From the NCBI GenBank assembly GCA_030704615.1, contig JAKLZA010000187.1, forward strand, positions 1 to 20,000: a stretch of 20,000 nt of DNA. Reading direction: 5' to 3'. The position numbers and the translations under genes are program-made. The DNA comes from Takakia lepidozioides. Taxonomy: Eukaryota > Plantae > Bryophyta. Under the pieces are notes generated by a model that worked only from the letters and a program-made list of their open reading frames with translations, was not told the origin of the DNA and did not search any database. Below, piece by piece: positions 10,701 through 19,265 of the stretch (position 1 is the stretch's first letter; every line of letters starts with the position of its first letter).

Positions 10701-12835
10701 AAAGGAAAGACGTGTCCCTGCTGGGCCAAAGTCGGCAAAGGAATCTGCTGCTCTGGAAGAATCCAGAAAGGCAGCTGAGATGGCACAAAAGACGGTGGAT
10801 GCAGCTGTGCAGGCCCAACAGAAGGGGTCGAAGAAGAGGACTCGCCAGCAAGGAGCAGCTGTTGTGACACCCGCCAAAACGAAGAAGCAGAAACAGCCTG
10901 TTCAGGAAGAGGGTGAGGAAGAGGACTCCGATGGAGACTTTGCAACCAGCCCACCCCCCCAAACGCAGGCTGCCTCCCCTGTGCCCACCGTTGTCACGAG
11001 AGGCACGAGAACTGGCTCGGCAAAGAAGGCACTCTTCAACCCCCCAGGGGGGCACCCTTTCGAGCCGGTGGAAATGAAGAGGCCGAAAGTGGCTCCCGAA
11101 ACAGTAGTCCAGTGTGTAAATGAGAGTTTCTTGGCGGCTTTGGATGGACGGGCAGCCAAGTTGGCATACATGAAGACCATGGAGGGTCTGAAGGGCAGAG
11201 CACTGAAGAAGGCGACTGCCGAAGAGCCTTCCGACACCCCAGGATTTCAGAATATGGTCTCGTTCTTTGAGAGGGTGTGTGCAGACAAGGATTGTAGGAG
11301 GGGCGGAAATGCCACCGAGTGGTCTTGCGATATGATCATCTTGGATATTCCGGACGGAGAGCCTGTGGAAGGACTGCAAGCTTTGCCATCTTGGAACAGG
11401 TACTCGGAGGACTTTTGGAAGAAAGGATTCGGGCTTGCCCGCATGGTGTTGGACGACAGAGGCTGTGTGGTTGTCCTGGCGAGCAGAGGAAAAAACACTC
11501 AGACAGGAATTGCGAAGTGGACCCGCAAGAGCGCCGTCCCGATTCTGAAAAAGAAGTGGACGTGCATCAACACACTGGGCCTTCGGTCGGAAGGGAAGAA
11601 GGTGATTACGACACTGGCACTCGTCCATTCATTTGCTTGGGTGTTTTCAAATGCGGTGCCGCATTCGGTTTCTAATCGTTTTCCCCCTGTGTATGCAGAC
11701 GAAGCAGTTCGATGCATACTGCTTTGTGAAGGAGAACTCCACCTTTGCTTTCCGGAAGGAGGGAGGAAAGGTTGACCCGAACTGCGACCCACTCGATTAC
11801 GACGTTCTGTTCAACAACGTTCCCAAGGAACTTCTCCCTCATAGCCTCACTTCAACGGAACCCCTGCGGTACTCACGGACTCGGAGCCCTGCCTTCATTC
11901 AGACAATTATGGAGACATGCACAGACGTGGAGGGCACAGTGCTCGACCTCATCTGTGGGACAGGTATGCAGAATCTTGATCTATGCTGTTCTGCAAATTC
12001 TCGTTAGGATGTAGTTCGCAACATCTGAAGCGCCATGTGGTAATGTGTGGATGGCATTGTAACAGGTGCCTCAATGTGGGCTGGGCGGTTTTCCGACCGG
12101 CACCTCTTTGCCTACGAGGAGGATTCATCCGTGTGGGGATCCCATCTGGAGGGGCTGCAACGGAATGTGAAGGCTCCCGACAGAGCGGAAGTCTCCTCGG
12201 ATTCGTCGGAGTCCGAGGAAGACACAGTGGACATTGATGCGGAGGAGAACCCGGAATACGAGTGAGTGCAAACATTGTAAGTTTGCAAAGCCTTCTGGGT
12301 CATTTATGTCAAACGAATTTCCCGACTGTGGTTCTCATTAGTCTCGTTGATGATTGTCATGTGCAGGATTGCAGGGTCCGGGTCGAAACATGTAGGGCCT
12401 ACACTTCCTGCCAGGAAGAATGTCCCGTTCTTTGCGAGGGCCGACTTCATGACGAGCCCGGTGAGGGACTACTCCCTTCCTAGTTATGCAGCTAAACTCG
12501 CAAATACAGCGATTAGAAGAAGTGAGAATCCCAGTAAAGTAGAGCAGATTTTGGAGAGGGCTAGGGAGGACAGAAGGATAAGGAAAGAGTTGGCAGCAGC
12601 TCAGACAGGTAGACGGGTACGAAAGTACATATGTGATTCAGCGGATGAGAGCGACGCAGACAGGGAGGAAGACGACCCAACGGAGGTGAGATGGACAGTT
12701 CCGCAAGGGGAAGATGGGATTTTCGAAAGCCTGGCCAACGAGCAGTCCGCTGGAGATGAGAGAGGCACTGAGGGGGTGGAGGAGGAGCAGGACAGTCTAG
12801 AACAGGATGAGGATTCGGATGATTTTCAAGATTAA
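7714..12835 (+). CDS. Multi-exon ParB/Srx-like domain + beta-class N4-cytosine/N6-adenine DNA methyltransferase fusion protein (~1400 aa, a few frameshifts)
   Basis: Predicted exons: 7714-7797 (alternative ATG 7627), ~7901/7928-9148, 9261-9450, 9551-9835, ~9889-10035, 10119-10377, 10482-11601, 11699-11963, 12066-12261, 12367-12835. Introns are GT-AG and most are in phase. ParB-like core is FFVWDGNHRLLAW (~8985-9025). Methyltransferase motif IV is CDMIILDIPDG (~11326-11358), followed by RSPAFIQTIMETCT..EGTVLDLICGTGASMWAG..DRHLFAYEED (motifs X, I, II; assembled across intron 11964-12065). Confidence 0.8.
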
Positions 12836-12971
12836 TAGAATTTTAATGAAGTCTCTGTAAATGTAAATTCTCTTCCAGAGTATATAAAGGAAATTCTGCC
12901 CGACATTCGTGACCCCTCTCCAGTGTGCATTCCAGCCACACAATCGCCCAAACCACGACGCTCCCAAAATC

Positions 12972-13690
12972 AGAAATGGGGCACCGCATTTCCAAAATTT
13001 TGGCAACTCTAAGAACCTCTTTTGGAAATGCGGCACCGCATTTCCAAAACAGGGGAGGGACTAAATTTTCCATTTCAATGTTGGCATAGTAAAAAGTAAT
13101 CTGAATTGGAAATGCGGTGCCGCATTTCCAAAATTTCCTTTGTCCACACGCCAGTTTTGGCCTCTCCCGCTCATTGCATGGATGCCACCACGCTTACAGA
13201 GGTCGAACAAGGAGGTCGACATGGCGGGATTGAAAATGCGGTGCCGCATTTCATATTGGGGATGGTCGTTGTTCGAACTGCAGGCCCATCAGCAAAAATT
13301 GGCACCGCATTCCATTTAAAAAAAAGTCGATGACGGACATGGAAATGCGGCGCCGCATTTCCAGAACGGACATCGCAATTTGTCCATTTGCAGACCCTCT
13401 CTCGGAAATGCGGTAACGCATTCCATCGCGCTGGTCGGAAATGTCACACTTTTCGAAGTGTTGTACGGAAATGCGGCACCGCATTCCCTTGTCCAAAAAG
13501 AAGTTTCCATTGCCAAGCTGGAAATGCGTCGCCGCATTTGCAATGCCAACCTCGTTTTCTGATCAATTTATAGACCCGTGTTGGTATTTCGTGTACCTGG
13601 ACGGAAATGATGCACCGCATTTTCTTGTCCCACATGGAAATGCGGTGCCGCATTTCGATGCCGACATGGAAATGCGGTGCCGCATTTCAA
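12972..13690. repeat. Second cluster of ~12 copies of the same 22-bp palindrome, irregular spacing
   Basis: Copies near 12973, 13024, 13108, 13232, 13295, 13341, 13404, 13467, 13520, 13603, 13636 and 13668, between the convergent 3' ends of the methyltransferase gene and orphan gene A. Confidence 0.9.
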
Positions 13691-13945
13691 TGTCCGACAT
13701 GGCGTTACTCTGGTATATTCTTGACACATGACTCACATACCGGTTACTCTGCTATATTCATCCGGACAGACACATTGTAGAAATGAGACATCAAATTGTA
13801 AACAGTGGGCCAATTCCGACAGTTATTCAACACAATGAAACACAATCATACAGAAGTGAGGTACGATGGGTTTATTGATCGGACACGATGTCTCACATTT
13901 ACCAACTGCAGACAAAACTAAGCCCTTCCTCCTTCTACATGGGCT

Positions 13946-14524
13946 TCACCAAGTCGACGGAACTTCGATACCCCTCAAAACAAGCTCATCACTGCTGCGG
14001 CACCTCGAGGTAAACTGCAATTCGGTCGTTCTGCTGCCCTTGCTGGAGCCGACGACAATGTCATGTCCATCAATGATACCACCATCATACATTGACAAGG
14101 TCACTGTGGGCCTCATGTGCCCGTGCGATTCGTCTTCGCAACTCAGCCGAATGTCTCCATACACTGGAAGAGCGGAGTGATCTGCACGTATATAGTTTTC
14201 CCCGGTGCCGTCCTCCCTGGTCCACTGGCAGCAGTTCCAGCGCCAAAGCGAGGCCGTGCGTGATCTGTCCGGCATCCCTTTCCAGCTTGGTATATCGAGG
14301 TCAACAATTTTCAGGACCCACGGACCGCATTGACCCTCGCCCTCACCTCGCTCAAAGCGGTAATAGCCCTCCAGATACTCCATTGCGCGCAAAGACTCTT
14401 GCTTGATTCCAGCAGCGTCTGTGAAAACAGAGAGCCAGACAATGATGTCTCCTGATTCTGGTTTGAACATAGCATAATCGTGGCCATGATAAGGGCAGTC
14501 GGCTGGATTTCGGCGGCACGGCAT
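13946..14524 (-). CDS. Orphan cargo protein A (~192 aa, unknown function), paralog of B
   Basis: Open frame MPCRRNPADCPYHGHDYAMF...VLRGIEVPSTW aligns end to end with the opposite-strand ORF at 15073-15635. The start is chosen at the shared AAGGATGCCGTGC context. Confidence 0.7.
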   Translation of the reverse strand: MPCRRNPADCPYHGHDYAMFKPESGDIIVWLSVFTDAAGIKQESLRAMEYLEGYYRFERGEGEGQCGPWVLKIVDLDIPSWKGMPDRSRTASLWRWNCCQWTREDGTGENYIRADHSALPVYGDIRLSCEDESHGHMRPTVTLSMYDGGIIDGHDIVVGSSKGSRTTELQFTSRCRSSDELVLRGIEVPSTW

Positions 14525-15072
14525 CCTTGAAAAAGAGTAGCGGAGTACGCTCAATGACAGCAGCTCCCGGATGGAGGAGGAGCAGCGCGGTGGCTGGAAA
14601 AAGTTCAAGCTAACGCTGCAATTCCTCACAAACACTCCAGGGCACATTTAAATTTCCCCCCTACAGGATCCTGGACCGATGAAGATTGGCTGCTGCATGA
14701 ATGTAGCCGTTTCAGTTTCCTACCCTGCCATGCAAACTATGGGCAGTCACTGCCAGGTGGGCCGATAGCCACTGGACACGACGAAGTCCATCCCCTCTTC
14801 GATGTAAATGCGGCGCCGAATTTCCATCCGGGGGATGGACTTCGGTGGCAGATCTCAAACTATAACTTGTTGATGAGAAAGATGTATGGTTCATCCACCG
14901 CTGGCGTGATGAACACGTTCCACCTCCGTCGGTGGGTACGTGTGACCCAGATGCTCCATTATTGGAGGCCGGACTGCTCTTCCGCTTCGTATCATTTCCA
15001 AAATCTAAGGGCTTCGTAGCTGTCCGCAAGGTCATCGGCATCCAAGTCGTCCTCAGGTCCTCCTTTGCAAGG

Positions 15073-15635
15073 ATGCCGTGCTTCCGGAACCGGGACGACT
15101 GCCCTTTGGAGGCATCGATTATGCAATGTATTCGGCCACATCGGGAGACATTGTTATCTGGTACACAGATTACACAGAAGATACTGGTTCGATTGTGGAA
15201 ACATTGGTGGCTTTTGAGTATATCGTAGGCCACTACGCCTTCGAGCGGGGTGACGATCTTGGTCTGAGGAGTCCGTGGCTCCTGCGCATCCTCGATTCCG
15301 ATTTTCCCAGCTACGACGGTCACCCATGCAGAAGAAGGCGCACTGCTATGCTGTTGCGGTGGAACTGCTGCCACTGGACGTGGGTGGACTCCATCGGAGA
15401 GACCTATTCTCCTCGAGGAGTGCGCTCCTCTTCTCCATTGTATGGGGACATTCGCATTGGTGTGGACGACGAAAACGTGAAGATTTCCATATTCGATGGT
15501 GGTATGATTGAAGGGCAGGACATTGTGGTGAACATCACTAGGGGCGGTACAACGGCTGCAATCGACTTTACATGGAGGAGCCCCATGACTCATGAGCTAG
15601 TTCTGAGAGCAGTCGAAGTCCCATTGACAACGTGA
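15073..15635 (+). CDS. Orphan cargo protein B (~187 aa, unknown function), paralog of A; 1-bp frameshift near 15105
   Basis: MPCFRNRDDC(P)FGGIDYAMY...SGDIVIW...FERG...PWLLRILD.DFPS...RWNCCHWT...YGDIRI...FDGGMIEGQDIVV...ELVLRAVEVP. The second copy supplies the missing base (tgcccattt). Confidence 0.7.
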
Positions 15636-16014
15636 CTTGTATTCAGTAGGCACAGGGCTCAAGATTTGATGGCACAATCAGCACAGTAGACGTGCTTCAA
15701 ATGCAATTCATGTGGATCAATAAAAACCTCATTGTGCCCTCTTTTTATTCTATTCTGTGTCCATCGTTGCCAGAATGCGTCATTGCTCATTTCGTTTGGG
15801 ATTGGGAGTGTGGGTGGATTTTGCAAATGGCTGGTAGGCTGAAATGGGCCCCCATTGTACAGAGCAGTACCACCCTACCATTCGCGAAACATTGCCTTTC
15901 AATATATAATTCTAAATAACATTGCCGAACCTCCTTCATCGGGAGGTCCTTCTCCCCCTATGACCGTGGCACCCTAAACCCTATTCCCGCGGACACTCAT
16001 TTCCGGAAAATAGT

Positions 16015-16099
16015 GCTGCTCATGTTTTTTTCCACACTTACGACTCTGCTCATGGCTCATGCCGCTCATGGCTCATGGCTCATGAAATAGCAGCCCCCC
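16015..16099 (-). repeat. Right terminal inverted repeat, copy 1
   Basis: GCTCATG repeats ending GAAATAGCAGCCCCCC, inverted relative to 825-930. Confidence 0.75.
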
Positions 16100-16254
16100 T
16101 CCAGATACTCCATTGCGCGCAAAGACTCTTGCTTGATTCCAGCAGCGTCCGTGAAAACAGAGAGCCAGACAATGATGTCTCCTGATTCTGGTTTGAACAT
16201 AGCATAATCGTGGCCATGATAAGGGCAGTCTGCTGGATTTCGGCGGCACGGCAT
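16100..16254 (-). pseudogene. 3'-truncated copy of orphan gene A (first ~52 codons)
   Basis: MPCRRNPADC...AMEYLEG then runs into the transposon terminus at 16099. Confidence 0.75.
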
Positions 16255-16809
16255 CCTTGAAAAAGAGTAGCGGAGTACGCTCAATGACAGCAGCTCCCGA
16301 TGGAGGAGGAGCAGCGCGCGGTGGCTGGAAAAAGTTCAAGCTAACGCTGCAATTCCTCACAAACACTCCAGGGCACATTTAATTCCCCCCCTACAGGATC
16401 CTGGACCGATGAGATTGGCTGCTGCATGAATGTAGCCGTTTCAGTTTCCTACCCTGCCATGCAAACTATGGGCAGTCACTGCCAGGTGGGCCGATAGCCA
16501 CTGGACCACGACGAAGTCCATCCCCTCTTCGATGTAAATGCGGCGCCGAATTTCCATCCGGGGGGATGGACTTCGGTGGCAGATCTCAAACTAAACTTGT
16601 TGATGAGAAAGATGTATGGGTTCATCCACCGCTGGCGTGATGAACACGTTCCACCTCCGTCGGTGGGTACGTGGGACCCAGATGCTCCATTATTGGAGGC
16701 CGGACTGCTCTTCCGCTTCGCATCATTTCCAAAATCTAAGGGCTTCATAGCTGTCCGCAAGGTCGTTGTCATCGGCATCCAAGTCGTCCTCAGGTCCTCC
16801 TTTGCAAGG

Positions 16810-17372
16810 ATGCCGTGCTTCCGAACCGGGACGACTGCCCATTTGGAGGCATCGATTATGCAATGTATTCGGCCACATTGGGAGACATTGTTATCTGGTA
16901 CACAGATTACAGAGAAGATACTGGTTCGATTGTGGAAACATTGGTGGCTTTTGAGTATATCCTAGGCCACTACGCCTTCGAGCGGGGTGACGATCTTGGT
17001 CTGAGGAGTCCGTGGCTCCTGCGCATCCTCGATTCCGATTTCCCAGCTACGACGGTCACCCATGCAGAAGAAGGCGCACTGCTATGCTGTTGCGGTGGAA
17101 CTGCTTGCCACTGGACGTGGGTGGACTCCATCGGAGAGACCTATTCTCCTCGAGGAGTGCGCTCCTCTTCTCCATTGTATGGGGACATTCGCATTGGTGT
17201 GGACGACGAAAACGTGAAGATTTCCATATTCGATGGTGGTATGATTGAAGGGCAGGACATTGTGGTGAACATCACTAGGGGCGGTACAACGGCTGCAATC
17301 GACTTTACCTGGAGGAGCCCCATGACTCATGAGCTAGTTTTGAGAGCAGTCGAAGTCCCATTGACAACGTGA
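16810..17372 (+). CDS. Second copy of orphan gene B (frameshifts near 16822, 17040 and 17105)
   Basis: Near-identical to 15073-15635, with indels at different positions. Confidence 0.65.
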
Positions 17373-17754
17373 CTTGTATTCAGTAGGCACAGGGCTAAGA
17401 TTTGATTGCACAATCAGCACAGTAGACGTGCTTCAAATGCAATTCATGTGGATCAATAAAAACCTCATTGTGCCCTCTTTTTATTCTATTCTGTGTCCAT
17501 CGTTCCGAGAATGTGTCATTGCTCATTTCGTTTGGGATTGGGAGTGTGGGTGGATTTTGCAAGTGGTGGGCTGGTAGGCTGAAATGGGCCCCCATTGTAC
17601 AGAGCAGTACCACCCTACCATTCGCGAAACATTGCCTTTCAATATATAATTCTAAATAACATTGCCAAACCTCCTTCATCGGGAGGTCCTTCTCCCCCTA
17701 TGACCGTGGCACCCTAAACCCTATTCCCGCGGACACTCATTTCCGGAAAATAGT

Positions 17755-17840
17755 GCTGCTCATGTTTTTTTTCCACACTTACGACTCTGCTCATGGCTCA
17801 TGCCGCTCATGGCTCATGGCTCATGAAATAGCAGCCCCCC
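17755..17840 (-). repeat. Right terminal inverted repeat, copy 2 (outer end of the element)
   Basis: Essentially identical to 16015-16099, followed directly by unrelated coding sequence. Confidence 0.75.
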
Positions 17841-19065
17841 ATTGTCTATAGTAGTTGTGGCAATGTTCTGCACTTGCAGTCTGAGCTCATTCATCTCGCT
17901 TTGGTTGAGCTTTCGTGGTGCTTTGCCCTCCACTGGCCCTTGTGCTAACCAGACCTGCATAAGGTGGTTATCCACCAAGTTGCTTGTGGCACCCCTGAGA
18001 GTCTGCTCCTCTGTGAGCCTGTACACATCTATCTGCTGCTTTAAAGCCTCCATGCGCTTTGCATGAGGTTCAACCAAACTCGCATAGGCAGCAGCCAGAT
18101 TATTAGCTTCCTTCCAAGCCTTGTTAGCCACAGAGAGTTCATTTCTATTGGACATGAGTGTTTGTTGCAACTCAAGGATGTACCTCTCTTGGTCAGCTTC
18201 AACCTGCCTGTATTGCTTGAAAGTACTCTCATTGCGACAGATTGTAGTCTTCATATCGACAATGAGTTTCACTTGCTCAACATTCTCTGCCTCTGCCTTC
18301 GTACATCTTTCCGCTTGACTGTTTATTTCTATTGTAGCTTGGTCAAACATAGTTGTGAGTGTAGCACATTGTATGGCCATCCTGTCATGCACTGTCTGCA
18401 ACTCCGTATGTAGTGCATTCACTTCTTGCAACTTGCTTTCATGCTTCACCTGCATTTGGTATAGCTGTTGCTTAAGTGCTTCGTGCAACTGGTCTTGCGC
18501 GAGGCCTGCCTCAATCAATTGTTCCTTGGCCAATTGCAAAGCCGCTTCTGTACTCTCTAAGTCTTGCTGCATCTTGAGAGTGACCTCTTCATCGACCTTG
18601 TTTGCACACTCAGTGGCAAGTCGAGCCTCAAACTCCTTCCTGAGTTCCTCCCTCAAAGCTGCCAATTGGGAAGTTGGAACATGGGATTTGACATAAGTGC
18701 CCAACAAATTAAGTGTCCTGCTTATGGAACTCATAAGCATGGCCTGTTGAGGGTCATCATGATGAGCTTGCTGCTGTTCTCCCTGATCCTCAATAGTGTG
18801 ATGCCTCACGAACCATTCAGGCCATTGCCCCACCAAATTTTCTTCCTGAACCACTTCATCCGTCACCGGTGCTGCAGTGTCTTGACATTCTACCTGTGGT
18901 ACCTCCGTCACAGGTGTGTGTATTATATGCACCGTAGGGTTTCCCCTGGACAACTATTGCACCTCTAGAATCATTGTTTCCTTGACCAGACCAGAATATT
19001 CATAGAGAAGGTCCCCCTTCTCAATTTCTGCCACCACCTGTTCTGTAGTGGGAATATCTAACCCT
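17841..19065 (-). pseudogene. Interrupted coiled-coil protein ORF, probably an accessory ORF of a retroelement
   Basis: A ~370-aa open frame rich in Q/E/L/A heptads continues upstream past one in-frame TAG (GLDIPTTEQVVAEIEKGDLLYEYSGLVKETMILEVQ*LSRG). It is cut by the LTR at 19066 and by the MULE end at 17840; the C-terminal GGLLFHEP is TIR sequence. Confidence 0.5.
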
Positions 19066-19265
19066 TGTCGTGTGCATACATATCGCTACACAACTACATC
19101 GCTGTCCAAAACCACACAACACATGTGCACACCACACACTAGTATACCACTAGTCTACCACTAGTCCAGCCACTAGTCCAACCACTAGTCCAACCACTAG
19201 GCTACAACTAGTCAGTCACTAGGCTGCCACTACGCTGCCCACTATGGCAGTCACTAGTCCACACA
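19066..19265 (-). mobile_element. Second copy of the short LTR (inverted relative to 554-745)
   Basis: Reverse complement reads TGTGTGGACTAGTGACTGCC...GCGATATGTATGCACACGACA, with internal ACTAGT(GG) repeats. The flanks (GCTAT / AGGGT) are not a TSD. Confidence 0.65.

Larger units (their letters stand above)
825..17840. mobile_element. Large Mutator/MULE-like DNA transposon with cargo genes (first right end at 16099, duplicated right end at 17840)
   Basis: Imperfect terminal inverted repeats: left GAGGTTTACTAATTCATGAGC, right reverse-complement GGGGGCTGCTATTTCATGAGC, each followed by CATGAGC repeats. Contains a DDE transposase, and one palindromic motif is scattered throughout the interval and absent from the flanks. 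The right end interrupts an unrelated ORF. No exact TSD was found. Confidence 0.8.
16100..17840 (+). repeat. Direct tandem duplicate of 14370-16099 (right ~1.73 kb of the transposon)
   Basis: Near-identical sequence from TCCAGATACTCC to GCAGCCCCCC, with scattered substitutions and small indels. Confidence 0.95.

Noticed and set aside
10447-11628. 393-aa minus-strand ORF
   Set aside because: Antisense to the large exon of the ParB-MTase gene, whose plus frame carries the motifs and splice sites.
12263-12265. TGA as the end of the methyltransferase gene, with 12347-12835 as a separate gene
   Set aside because: The TGA lies within a consensus GTGAGT donor (12262) that splices in phase to the acceptor at 12366, so one gene is more parsimonious. 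This is unconfirmed without transcripts.
7714-12835. Bacterial restriction-modification or plasmid partition operon (contamination)
   Set aside because: The gene is split by in-phase spliceosomal introns and embedded among eukaryotic TEs, and no ParA or restriction enzyme is seen.
14712-15593. 293-aa minus-strand ORF
   Set aside because: Antisense to orphan gene B. Paralog conservation is in the plus frame, and this ORF is not kept intact in the duplicate.
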